Positions 1-7,096 of a stretch of DNA of 11,042 bases are shown here, piece by piece. The stretch comes from a virus (taxonomy: Duplodnaviria; Heunggongvirae; Uroviricota; Caudoviricetes). Each line of letters opens with the position of its first letter. The first letter of the stretch is position 1. A program made the position numbers and the translations under genes. The stretch is from the IMG/VR virus record IMGVR_UViG_2740892442_000010. One strand, given 5' to 3'. The notes under the pieces were generated by a model. That model was given only the letters and a program-made list of their open reading frames with translations. It searched no databases and was not told the DNA's origin.

Positions 1-282
1 ATGTCTGCCAGCACCCTAATTTCTATTGCAGAACAGGTAGAAGATGTTATGGGGGGCGAGCACTGGTCATTGCACGATCTGCGCAGAACGTGCAAAACAA
101 AAATGGCTGAACTTGGAGTAGCACCTCATGTTTCGGAGAAAATTCTCGGGCATAAGCTCACGGGGATGCTGGCTGTTTATGACCAGTATGACTACATCCC
201 CGAGCAGCAGGACGCAGCAGAATTATGGGCTAAGAAAATTCAAGAGTGTTCGGAAATCAATCCTTTATCTTTGCAAAACTGA
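1..282 (+). CDS. int: Tyrosine recombinase (phage integrase), C-terminal catalytic portion only; 5' end lies left of the window
   Basis: ORF runs from the first base to a stop at 280-282. Translation carries the C-terminal tyrosine-recombinase signature in order: HDLRRT (His-x-x-Arg), LGHK (His), VYDQYDY (candidate catalytic Tyr). The Met at position 1 is internal, not the true start. Confidence 0.8.
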   Translation: MSASTLISIAEQVEDVMGGEHWSLHDLRRTCKTKMAELGVAPHVSEKILGHKLTGMLAVYDQYDYIPEQQDAAELWAKKIQECSEINPLSLQN

Positions 283-469
283 ATAACTTCCTTGTAGCGA
301 AAGAGGCGCCGCCTTTCGGTGGGTGGATTTCTTCCACTTCCCGAGGGAATGGTGTCCCTGATTGCTCCCACTGTTTACGCTTCCGGTAAAAAGTAGTTCT
401 GGAGATACCACCAAGCATCTCCTGAACACGCTCGCGGTTTATTAGAATCGGCTGAATATTGATTGTCAT
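257..469 (-). CDS. Small HTH DNA-binding protein, AlpA/Xis-like (putative excisionase or transcriptional regulator)
   Basis: 70-aa ORF with GGAG 11 nt upstream of the ATG at 469. The segment LGGISRTTFYRKRK...FP resembles the AlpA/excisionase-type helix-turn-helix (L-x-G-[IL]-S-R-[ST]-T-[IF]-Y-R). The 3' end overlaps the integrase stop by 26 nt in convergent orientation, so the C-terminal residues are uncertain. Confidence 0.5.
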   Translation of the reverse strand: MTINIQPILINRERVQEMLGGISRTTFYRKRKQWEQSGTPFPREVEEIHPPKGGASFATRKLFSFAKIKD

Positions 470-590
470 TTGTATGGTTTCTCCATAAAGAAATAAACCG
501 TTCAGTGGCGGTTATTGTCGGTTGCGGTAGATCTGGCGATCTTGAGAAACTGTCAGGCCTCATCGAGTGTGAGGCTGTATGATTCCATAG

Positions 591-935
591 TTAGTCCTTG
601 CGTAGTTCTCTGATTCTTCTGTAAGTCTCTGGTGCTTTGTTTCCGTGTATCTTCATTTCAGACTTCAACAGAGCAACGAGAGAATCCCATTCGTTGAGGA
701 TGCCTTTGAATGCCGGAACGCGCTTTGCAACCTTGTCGAATGAATCTCTGATTTCTGGAATCTGCTCAACAAGTGCAACGCATCGTCGGAAATCGGCTGC
801 GTCATGTGGAGCGCCGAAGTGATGACCATAGATATTCTTTTTCAGTCCACATGCGATTGAGGCAAGAGTTGCGCTACTGATGCCGACATCGCCAGTCGTT
901 TGCCATTTCAAAATCTTCATAGCCAAATCTGACAT
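591..935 (-). CDS. Hypothetical protein, 114 aa from the ATG at 935 (six-frame ORF extends to 962)
   Basis: Minus-strand ORF. The internal ATG at 933-935 is preceded by GGAGA (complement of 942-946) at about 7 nt spacing; the upstream ATG at 960-962 sits inside the loop of a GC hairpin and has no RBS. No recognisable motif. Confidence 0.5.
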   Translation of the reverse strand: MSDLAMKILKWQTTGDVGISSATLASIACGLKKNIYGHHFGAPHDAADFRRCVALVEQIPEIRDSFDKVAKRVPAFKGILNEWDSLVALLKSEMKIHGNKAPETYRRIRELRKD

Positions 936-946
936 TTCTTGTCTCC

Positions 947-969
947 AATAAAAAACCGCCATCAGGCGG
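947..969 (-). terminator. Putative rho-independent terminator on the minus strand (short GC stem plus U-tract)
   Basis: Minus-strand read: CCGCC-TGAT-GGCGG (5-bp all-GC stem, 4-nt loop; + coordinates 956-969) followed immediately by TTTTTTATT (complement of 947-955). The stem is short, so strength is uncertain. Confidence 0.4.
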
Positions 970-1035
970 CTTAGTGTTCTTTCAGTTCTTCAATTCGAAT
1001 ATTGGTTACATTGTTTTCATATATGAATAAATAAT

Positions 1036-1215
1036 TTAGCTTTTTTCGTTGCTTCCGCGTTCTTTATTATTTTTACTAAACTCGTTTTTACCGCGCATTC
1101 CAAATGCGTCTTTAGAGTTGTTGTATCCGCAATCACTGCACACATAATCTCCAGACCATCCACGCCTTGTTTTTTCTTTTGCAATATTTCCAGAACCGCA
1201 TTTTGGACAAGACAT
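1036..1215 (-). CDS. Small zinc-ribbon protein (CxxC-x19-CxxC) with Lys/Asn-rich C-terminal tail
   Basis: ATG at 1213-1215 preceded by GGAGG with 7-nt spacer (minus strand ggaggtagtgatATG). Product MSCPKCGSGN...YVCSDCGYNN has two CxxC pairs typical of a zinc ribbon. The longer ORF to 1248 lacks an RBS. The overlapping ORF 1017..1256 in another frame is rejected. Confidence 0.6.
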   Translation of the reverse strand: MSCPKCGSGNIAKEKTRRGWSGDYVCSDCGYNNSKDAFGMRGKNEFSKNNKERGSNEKS

Positions 1216-1268
1216 ATCACTACCTCCAAAGCATGAGTGAGATGACAACGTAACATTGATTGGAAATT

Positions 1269-1282
1269 AACAATATATTGTT
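1269..1282. promoter_or_regulatory. Perfect 14-bp palindrome AACAATATATTGTT upstream of the zinc-ribbon gene (candidate operator)
   Basis: AACAATA/TATTGTT is exactly self-complementary. It lies in the 96-bp intergenic gap between the Ead stop (1312) and the zinc-ribbon start (1215), 54-67 nt upstream of that ATG. Confidence 0.3.
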
Positions 1283-1311
1283 GATGTAAAAGATATGTAT
1301 AAGATTCGCTA

Positions 1312-2217
1312 TCAGAGCGGCGGTTCTGGTAGCGGCATCCAGTGGGTTACATTGCGGCTCTGCGTTTCGAAGAACTCCTCACCATTGCGGACAACATCAA
1401 AAAACTCACCGTCTCGATATTGCGCATAAAGAACGAATGCGCCATCACATAAAATAATTACGTGCTGACCATCATCTGGCATTCGCTCACTACAGCTTAT
1501 CCAACCATCCGGAGTTACCGGATAGTTGCCAGACAGCGCATTCTGCAACCGTTCCAGCTTCACGTATTCCTGAACTCTGTTTCCGTCGCACGTCTGAAGC
1601 CATTGAGCAGCCTTTTGCGCATCAGTGTGAAAGGCACAAGTGCGACCGTCATCAAATTGCATTTTGTAGAGGTCAGCAACCTGTTCAAACTCCGTTTGTG
1701 GCAAGTTGTAAGTTTGGCTTACAGGTTTGGCACCATGAAGCATGGCGGCACGACAGGCGTTCCAGCCTCTCACCTCTGCAATAGCTGCAACCGCATCAAC
1801 CGCATACATGCTAAGAGGGTTCGGCATTGGTTTTTCTTCCGGTACTACTGGCGATTGCTGTTTAACTTCTAAATCAGCAATTCTGTCAACTACGGCATCT
1901 ACTGCATCTGAAAAACTGAAACAGTTACTCCATTCCGGCCTGTTCCCGGTTGCTGCAAAATACATATCAGCTAAAGCATACTCAGCATGGTCACGCTCGT
2001 TGATGAGTTGCTCTTCGCTTTTCTCCAGTTCAGCAATACGCTTACTCCCATCCGAGATAACGCCCTCGTAATACTCACGCTGCTCGTTGAGTTTTGATTC
2101 AAGTTCACCGAACTTACGGACAAGATATTCAGCGTTTGTTTCGTTAACCTTTAAATCTCGTGGGATGCATTTACCTTTCAGAAATCCATCCATCTCAATT
2201 AGTGACATTTGTTTCAT
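1312..2217 (-). CDS. Ead/Ea22-like early-region protein with C-terminal DUF551-type domain
   Basis: Long minus-strand ORF. The C-terminus ...[12 protein letters not shown] matches the characteristic DUF551 ending found in lambdoid-phage ea-region proteins. Start assigned to the ATG at 2215-2217, which overlaps the upstream stop as ATGA (translational coupling); the ORF track begins at a GTG at 2235. Confidence 0.7.
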   Translation of the reverse strand: MKQMSLIEMDGFLKGKCIPRDLKVNETNAEYLVRKFGELESKLNEQREYYEGVISDGSKRIAELEKSEEQLINERDHAEYALADMYFAATGNRPEWSNCFSFSDAVDAVVDRIADLEVKQQSPVVPEEKPMPNPLSMYAVDAVAAIAEVRGWNACRAAMLHGAKPVSQTYNLPQTEFEQVADLYKMQFDDGRTCAFHTDAQKAAQWLQTCDGNRVQEYVKLERLQNALSGNYPVTPDGWISCSERMPDDGQHVIILCDGAFVLYAQYRDGEFFDVVRNGEEFFETQSRNVTHWMPLPEPPL

Positions 2218-2396
2218 TTCTTCCCACTCCGCCACATCGCATTCAGATATTTGTTTTGATTTACTGATGGAAAAGAATTTCTCTTAAGCAATTCCTCTCT
2301 CGATGGCATTGGCTTTACGCGTTGGCGAATAATCATTTCTGCCGGAAGAATGCCGGGATTGTATGCAAGTCCTCTCATGGTAAATTCCTCAGTCAT
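2214..2396 (-). CDS. Small hypothetical protein (about 60 aa), translationally coupled within the ea operon
   Basis: The ATG at 2394-2396 overlaps the stop of the upstream ORF (minus strand aATGacTGA), and its own stop overlaps the Ead start (ATGA). No recognisable motif; the start could instead be the next Met (MRGL...). Confidence 0.35.
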   Translation of the reverse strand: MTEEFTMRGLAYNPGILPAEMIIRQRVKPMPSREELLKRNSFPSVNQNKYLNAMWRSGKK

Positions 2397-2685
2397 TACT
2401 GATAGCGCCATAGCGTGAGCGGTAATTACGCAGGCGCGGGTCGATATATTCAGGGAAGTGGGTATATGTGGCTTTGCGGAATGGTCGGATTGATGTCTGG
2501 TAAATTCGCTCTCGTTCTTCTTTCTCTGCAAGCCATATACAGTGGCGAAATTCCTTTTCCTCTTTCGTTTCCTGCGGTAGCGACATTATCCGATCGTAGT
2601 TTTTTCTGAATTTATCCAGCACCTCCGATACGGAATTGCCGGAACAGCGGCGCGGGTCATCCGCACCATACAGAGGCGCTGGCAT
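2389..2685 (-). CDS. Hypothetical protein, 98 aa
   Basis: Minus-strand ORF with AGGAGAA 4 nt upstream of the ATG at 2685, starting 16 nt after the stop of the exonuclease-like ORF. No recognisable domain. Confidence 0.5.
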   Translation of the reverse strand: MPAPLYGADDPRRCSGNSVSEVLDKFRKNYDRIMSLPQETKEEKEFRHCIWLAEKEERERIYQTSIRPFRKATYTHFPEYIDPRLRNYRSRYGAISND

Positions 2686-2701
2686 GGTTTTCTCCTGTTG
2701 A

Positions 2702-3199
2702 TTATTTAGCTAACTTTTTCCAGATCGCTGAAACGTATTTGGCTTGGTGAATGGCATCATCAAGCGCGTTGTGGCGAGTTCCTTTGAATGGCATATCTCG
2801 CTTAGGGTCGAATCCTATTACCTTCCCAAGTTCGACGATTGTTCTTACGTCGCGGTCATTCCACCACTGCCACGGAACTGGCTGCCCTGTCAGCGAATAA
2901 CTGTTGCGGAGAATAACGCAGTCAAATGATGCTCCATTCCCCCAAACCTGAACGAATTTGTGGTTGGCGTTCTTTATGATGAATTCAGATAACCATGAAA
3001 GAGCCGTTGAAAGCTCTTGAGTGTTGCTGGTTAGCGATTTTCTGGCTTCTTCACTCTGTTCCATCCACCATAAAATCGTTGAAGCGTCAGGACGCGCCCG
3101 ATATCGCATTGATGACTCAAGCGAGATATTTACCGAGAACTCTTCTCCTGTTTCTCCGGTATATGAATTTACGCCATACAGCAAACAGCGTGAGTTCAT
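2702..3199 (-). CDS. DEDD-type 3'-5' exonuclease-like protein (DnaQ/Rv2179c-like motifs II and III present); probably 5'-truncated at the deletion junction
   Basis: Translation contains WGNGASFD (Exo II-like, FD) and [13 protein letters not shown] (Exo III-like, H-x4-D), but no N-terminal D-x-E motif is visible. None of the candidate starts (3199, 3109, 3064) has a convincing RBS. The first about 11 codons are simply the reverse complement of the terminase-like fragment that begins near 3165. Confidence 0.45.
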   Translation of the reverse strand: MNSRCLLYGVNSYTGETGEEFSVNISLESSMRYRARPDASTILWWMEQSEEARKSLTSNTQELSTALSWLSEFIIKNANHKFVQVWGNGASFDCVILRNSYSLTGQPVPWQWWNDRDVRTIVELGKVIGFDPKRDMPFKGTRHNALDDAIHQAKYVSAIWKKLAK

Positions 3200-3761
3200 C
3201 GACGCCGGGCATGACTATCCAGAGCGATGTTTTATGGCTGGTAACCAGCTTGGTAAGTCATTTACTGGTGCTGCTGAAGTCGCGTTTCACCTTACCGGGC
3301 GTTACGCGAACAAGCAACTGGTGATGATGGGGCTGAAGAAACCAGAAACACCTGAAGAGATGGAGATGGTACAGCAGGCTCAACAGCAGCCGCAGCAGCC
3401 ATCAGCAGAGCAAATTCAGGCGCAGGGTATCCTTCTGCAAGGTCAGGCTGAATTGCTCAAGGCAGAGAACCAACAGGCGCAGATTCAGGTTGAAGCCGCC
3501 AAGGTTGAAGCCCAAAACCAACTCAACGCCGCGAAGATTGCAGAAATCTTCAACAATATGGACCTCGACAAGCAGGCAGAACTGCGTGAGTACCTCAAGC
3601 TAGTAGGTCAATTCCAGCAACAGCGCAGCAAAGATGCTCGTGCTAACGCTGAGCTGCTTCTTAAAGATGCAGACCAGACTCATTCACAACGCATGGATTT
3701 CGCGAATCTTATGCGTCAAGTTCAAATCCCCTCCGGCGGAGTAGCCGAGACACCTCAATAA
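3021..3761 (+). pseudogene. Deletion-scar chimera: terminase large subunit N-terminal fragment (about 3165-3305) fused in frame to portal protein C-terminal fragment (about 3305-3761), P22-like
   Basis: Residues [47 protein letters not shown] carry a P-loop ([AG]-x4-G-K-[ST]: AGNQLGKS) typical of a terminase ATPase N-terminus. The sequence then switches abruptly to a Gln/Ala/Glu-rich helical segment (QQAQQQPQQ...[40 protein letters not shown]...) that I recall as the C-terminal barrel of the P22 portal gp1. The P22 order is 3-2-1-8-5 and scaffold/coat genes follow directly. An out-of-frame ATG at 3163-3165 (tatATGAATTTACG) suggests the native start was ATG-GAA-TTT (MEFTPY) with a 1-bp loss. 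Confidence 0.6.
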
Positions 3762-3774
3762 GAGAGAGTTAATC

Positions 3775-4686
3775 ATGGACCAAACCACCGACATTCAGGC
3801 TTCTGAAGAATTAACCCTGCCCGGCAATCATGCAGCGGCATCTGCTGATGGCTTAGTTGTCGATAATGCCAACGACAACGCAGGTCAGGAAGAAGGCTTC
3901 GAGATTGTCCTGAAAGACGATGAGAAACCAAAACAAGACCCGGCAACTAATGCTGAATTTGCCCGTCGCCGCATCGAACGCAAACGCCAGCGTGAGCTTG
4001 AGCAGCAGATGGAAGCGGTTAAGCGTGGAGAGTTGCCGGAGCACCTGCGGGTGAACCCTGAGTTACCAAAACAACCAGACCCTAACGATTATCTTTCCGA
4101 AGATGCACTGGCTAAGTACGACTATGACCAGAGCCGCGCACTGGCTGCCTTCCAGCAGGCAAACAGTGAATGGCAGATCAAGGCTATGGACGCACGAAGC
4201 CAGGCTGTCGCCGAGCAGGGTCGCAAAACTCAGGAGTTCACCCAGCAATCAGCGCAATACGTCGAGGCAGCCCGTAAGCACTACGACGCAGCGGAAAAGC
4301 TCAATATCCCTGACTATCAGGAGAAAGAGGATGCATTCATGCAACTGGTGCCGCCAGCAGTCGGTGCCGACATCATGCGCCTCTTCCCGGAGAAATCCGC
4401 TGCTCTCATGTATCACCTTGGTGCTAATCCTGAAAAAACACGCCAGTTGCTGGCGATGGACGGGCAATCCGCGCTGATTGAACTCACTCGACTGTCAGAA
4501 CGTTTAACTCTCAAGCCTCGAGCCAAGCCTGTTTCAGAAGCCCCGTTACCTGATGAACCAATTCAGGGACACGCTGTTGCTGCAAATATCTCTGCGATTG
4601 AAAAGCAGATGGAAGCGGCAGCAAACAAAAGGGATGTAGAGACGTACCGCAAGCTCAAGGCGCAACTGAATAAAGGAATTCGATAA
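3775..4686 (+). CDS. Phage scaffolding protein (P22 gp8-like), apparently intact, 303 aa
   Basis: RBS-like AGAGAGAG about 7 nt upstream of the ATG at 3775. Same length as P22 gp8, and the N-terminal region ([29 protein letters not shown]) and C-terminal basic coat-binding region ([15 protein letters not shown]) match my recollection of that protein. Stop overlaps the coat start as TAATG. Confidence 0.85.
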   Translation: MDQTTDIQASEELTLPGNHAAASADGLVVDNANDNAGQEEGFEIVLKDDEKPKQDPATNAEFARRRIERKRQRELEQQMEAVKRGELPEHLRVNPELPKQPDPNDYLSEDALAKYDYDQSRALAAFQQANSEWQIKAMDARSQAVAEQGRKTQEFTQQSAQYVEAARKHYDAAEKLNIPDYQEKEDAFMQLVPPAVGADIMRLFPEKSAALMYHLGANPEKTRQLLAMDGQSALIELTRLSERLTLKPRAKPVSEAPLPDEPIQGHAVAANISAIEKQMEAAANKRDVETYRKLKAQLNKGIR

Positions 4687-5732
4687 TGGCATTAAATGAA
4701 GGTCAACTGGTCACGTATGCTCTGGATGAAATCATCGAAACCGTCCAGAATCTGACGCCAATGGCGTCCAAAGTGACAAAATACACCCCTCCGGCAGAAT
4801 CCATGCGGCGTTCAAGCAACACCGTGTGGATGCCTGTTGAGCAGGAAGCGCCAACCCAGACTGGCTGGGATTTAACTGGCAACGCAACTGGGATTCTGGA
4901 ACTCTCCGTGAAATGCAACATGGGCGATCCGGATAACGATTTCTTCGAGCTTCGTGCAGATGACCTGCGTGATGAGCGTTCTTACCGTCGCCGCATCCAG
5001 GCATCCGCTAAAAAACTGGCGAATAACATTGAGTCAGCAATTGCCAAACAGGCAACTGAAATGGGCTCACTTGTTGTTCACGATACCCGCGCAATTGGTC
5101 CATCTACTGGCCTGTCTGGCTGGGATTTTGTGTCTGATGCAGAGCGCCTGATGTTCTCCCGCGAACTCAACCGCGACATGGGCATCAGTTACTTCCTGAA
5201 CCCTGACGATTACCGCAAAGCAGGCCGCAACCTGGTAGATGGTGACATCTTCGGTCGCGTTCCTGAAGAAGCGTATCGCAACGGTACTATTCAGCGTCAG
5301 ATTGCTGGCTTTGATGAAATTCTTCGCTCACCGAAACTTCCGGCAGTTACCAAGTCAACCGCTACTGGTGTAACTGTTTCTGGTGCGCAGAAGTTTAAGC
5401 CGCAGGCATACACCCTTGATACCGATGGTAACAAAGAGAACGTCGACAACCGTGTTGCAACGGTGACCGTATCCTCCACCACCGGATTTAAGCGCGGCGA
5501 CAAAATCAGTTTCACTGGTGTGAAATTCCTGTCTCAGATGGCGAAGAACGTGCTAACTGATGATGCGACTTTCTCAATCACCCGTGTGATCGATGGTACT
5601 CACATCGAAATCACGCCGAAACCGATTGCACTGGATGACGCGTCACTGACAAAAGAAGAGAAGGCTTACGCTAACGTAAACACCTCTCTTGCTGATACCA
5701 CTCCGGTAAACGTTCTGAACACCAGCCTATGA
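4686..5732 (+). CDS. Phage major coat protein (P22 gp5-like), 3'-truncated at 348 aa versus about 430 aa; likely nonfunctional remnant
   Basis: N-terminus [19 protein letters not shown]... and internal segments ([68 protein letters not shown]) match my recollection of the P22 coat protein. The ORF ends after ...[20 protein letters not shown], well short of full length, and the downstream P22 genes (4, 10, 26, 14, 7, 20, 16) are absent. Confidence 0.8.
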   Translation: MALNEGQLVTYALDEIIETVQNLTPMASKVTKYTPPAESMRRSSNTVWMPVEQEAPTQTGWDLTGNATGILELSVKCNMGDPDNDFFELRADDLRDERSYRRRIQASAKKLANNIESAIAKQATEMGSLVVHDTRAIGPSTGLSGWDFVSDAERLMFSRELNRDMGISYFLNPDDYRKAGRNLVDGDIFGRVPEEAYRNGTIQRQIAGFDEILRSPKLPAVTKSTATGVTVSGAQKFKPQAYTLDTDGNKENVDNRVATVTVSSTTGFKRGDKISFTGVKFLSQMAKNVLTDDATFSITRVIDGTHIEITPKPIALDDASLTKEEKAYANVNTSLADTTPVNVLNTSL

Positions 5733-5823
5733 AAGAGCGATAAATAACGCTGCGAATGCCATCAGACCGCTGTTTGCTACTGAGGCAACACAGCAGTAAC
5801 GTATGGGAAATTGGATTCAATCG

Positions 5824-6213
5824 CTAACATTTTCTTTTTACTTTTCCAACAAAAGCTTTGGTTGAATCCATATTTCTATAACCGGAAATGGTTTTTGACA
5901 TTAAAACTGTTCCAGTAGGATGTATTACCCATGAGTCGATAACGCGTTGAGTTTCGCCATTCGCGCCGATTCCTATGATGGAGTTTTTAGACAATGCTTT
6001 GTAAGCCATGCCGCCCGCATCTGTCCCAGAATATGTGATGCTGGCATCTTCACCGTTTGTCTTAATGATGAATGTTCCACTAAAACCATCTTCTTCCGGA
6101 TGGAAATTATTTCGTTCTGAATAGCTTATTCCGCGCATATCTCCAACGACCCAGCACTCTGCTGTAGCCCCAAAAGATATGAATAAGAACATAGCAGTAA
6201 GAAATTGCTTCAC
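5824..6213 (-). CDS. Exported protein of unknown function with N-terminal signal peptide (moron-like cargo)
   Basis: Strong RBS AAGGAGG with 5-nt spacer before a GTG start at 6211-6213. N-terminus MKQFLTAMFLFISFGATA/ECW has a hydrophobic core and an A-x-A-type cleavage site. No recognisable catalytic motif. Divergent from the adjacent lipoprotein gene. Confidence 0.6.
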   Translation of the reverse strand: MKQFLTAMFLFISFGATAECWVVGDMRGISYSERNNFHPEEDGFSGTFIIKTNGEDASITYSGTDAGGMAYKALSKNSIIGIGANGETQRVIDSWVIHPTGTVLMSKTISGYRNMDSTKAFVGKVKRKC

Positions 6214-6330
6214 GCCAACCTCCTTAGTTTTGAGCAGGATACCATGAAAAAAGTAAACATCTTTTGCCTACTTCACATTTGAATGGTTTGTCATTAGGAT
6301 GTTTCCGGTTTTTTAAATATGGAAATTGAT

Positions 6331-6750
6331 ATGAAGAGGATTATTGGCGTCGTTGCTGGCGCTATATTGTTATCTGGGTGCGCAACTATTGTTGGTGACG
6401 AAACGCAGCTTGTGCAAGTGAACAGCAATCCTTCCGGTGCGAGCTTTAAGGTAAAAGACGAATCAGGCGTGATTGTTGCGCAAGGTAAGACCCCACAAGG
6501 AGTAACTCTTGCCAAGTCAGATGGTAGTTATTTTGGCAAAAAGAGCTACCAGATCACTATGGAAAAGGATGGGTACGAACCAGTTACCCTGCCAATCAAA
6601 GCCAATGCTAATGGCTGGTATATTGGTGGAAACCTTGTGTTTGGTGGGTTAATTGGTTGGCTTGCTGTAGATCCTTTTAATGGTGGGATGTATACCTTGA
6701 AGCCAAAAGAGGCAAACGCATCTCTTATACCATCAACAAAGCAAGACTAA
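6331..6750 (+). CDS. Lipoprotein (lipobox LLSGC) with PEGA-like beta domain and Gly-rich C-terminal segment
   Basis: MKRIIGVVAGAILLSG-C is a canonical signal II peptide with the lipobox Cys. PSGASFKVKDESGVIVAQGKTPQGVTL resembles the PEGA motif; the C-terminal segment GWYIGGNLVFGGLIGWLAVDPFNGGMY is Gly-zipper-like. An upstream in-frame ATG at 6319 is a possible alternative start but has no RBS. Followed by a strong terminator. Confidence 0.7.
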   Translation: MKRIIGVVAGAILLSGCATIVGDETQLVQVNSNPSGASFKVKDESGVIVAQGKTPQGVTLAKSDGSYFGKKSYQITMEKDGYEPVTLPIKANANGWYIGGNLVFGGLIGWLAVDPFNGGMYTLKPKEANASLIPSTKQD

Positions 6751-6758
6751 TAAATAGG

Positions 6759-6781
6759 ACCCACCTTCAGGTGGGTTTTTT
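6759..6781 (+). terminator. Rho-independent terminator (likely bidirectional) between the lipoprotein gene and mnt
   Basis: ACCCACC-TTCA-GGTGGGT (7-bp stem, 4-nt loop) followed by TTTTTT on the + strand, 9 nt after the lipoprotein stop. The last three codons of the convergent mnt ORF lie inside the 3' half of the stem. Confidence 0.65.
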
Positions 6782-7018
6782 GTACAAATCCTTCAGCGTA
6801 TCAAACACCATCTTCCTAACAAGTTCGGACTGCTCATCAGCGATGCGTTCTGCATCGTCTCGATAGTCTGAAATTTTGGATGGCTTTGATACAGCATCAG
6901 TCACTATCTGAACTAATTCTGAATTAAGAGAGCGGCCATTGGATTTGGCTCGCTGTTTTAGTTTTTCCTTTAATTCGTAAAGTAGCCGCAGATTAAATTG
7001 CGGGTCATCTCTTCCCAT
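6767..7018 (-). CDS. mnt: Mnt repressor (ribbon-helix-helix, Arc/MetJ family), P22 Mnt homolog, 83 aa
   Basis: Translation MGRDDPQFNLRLLYELKEKLKQRAKSNGRSLNSELVQIV...DAERIADEQSELVRKMVFDTLKDLYKKPT is near-colinear with P22 Mnt as I recall it (MARDDPHFNFRMPMEVREKLKFRAEANGRSMNSELLQIV...KKMVFDTLKDLYKKTT), with the same length and the RHH beta-strand FNLR motif. GAGG lies 8 nt upstream of the ATG at 7018. Confidence 0.85.
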   Translation of the reverse strand: MGRDDPQFNLRLLYELKEKLKQRAKSNGRSLNSELVQIVTDAVSKPSKISDYRDDAERIADEQSELVRKMVFDTLKDLYKKPT

Positions 7019-7081
7019 TCTTGATGCCTCGCTTTTGTGAGTGGAGCGGCATCTTATTATCTGCTGGTTGCATCCTCAATA

Positions 7082-7096
7082 AGACCACTGTGGTCT
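7082..7096. promoter_or_regulatory. Perfect 15-bp palindrome AGACCAC-T-GTGGTCT, candidate Mnt operator
   Basis: Exact inverted repeat 64 bp upstream of the mnt start codon. It resembles in style the symmetric P22 mnt operator half-sites (GTCCAC/GTGGAC type, recalled). A plausible leftward promoter for mnt (minus strand TTGAGG-17 nt-TAAGAT, + coordinates 7051-7079) sits immediately beside it. Confidence 0.5.

Noticed and set aside
283-470. Possible att core or intrinsic terminator downstream of the integrase stop (GC-rich segment gcgccgcctttcggtgggtgg)
   Set aside because: The inverted symmetry is imperfect (CCGCC versus GGTGG) and no matching direct repeat was seen elsewhere in the window; cannot be supported without flanking sequence.
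375-563. 62-aa minus-strand ORF overlapping the AlpA-like gene
   Set aside because: Out-of-frame overlap with a better-supported ORF; Ser/Pro-rich translation with no start signals.
637-822. 61-aa plus-strand ORF antisense to the 591-935 gene
   Set aside because: Entirely contained on the opposite strand of a better ORF; no RBS.
1017-1256. 79-aa minus-strand ORF overlapping the zinc-ribbon gene in another frame
   Set aside because: No RBS and low-complexity translation; the overlapping frame with CxxC pairs and a GGAGG-N7-ATG start is far more convincing.
1269-1282. LexA (SOS) box interpretation of the AACAATATATTGTT palindrome
   Set aside because: Does not fit the CTGT-N8-ACAG consensus.
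1462-2071. Plus-strand ORFs (1462-1872, 1742-2071) antisense to the Ead/DUF551 gene
   Set aside because: Antisense shadows of a long, motif-supported gene; Ser/Leu/Arg-rich translations typical of non-coding frames.
2995-3324. 109-aa plus-strand ORF in the +1 frame of the terminase-like fragment
   Set aside because: Translation is nonsense relative to the P-loop-containing frame; relevant only because its ATG at 3163 may be the displaced native terminase start.
3853-5515. Several short ORFs on both strands inside the scaffold and coat genes (for example 4103-4477, 4249-4467, 4732-5004, 5297-5515)
   Set aside because: All lie within or antisense to genes with strong P22-family similarity; none has independent start signals.
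5770-5800. Imperfect hairpin CTGTTTGC-N7-GCAACACAG between the truncated coat and the exported-protein gene
   Set aside because: Stem has a bulge and no U-tract; too weak to call a terminator.
6294-6515. 73-aa minus-strand ORF overlapping the lipoprotein gene start
   Set aside because: Antisense to the lipoprotein signal peptide region; no RBS.
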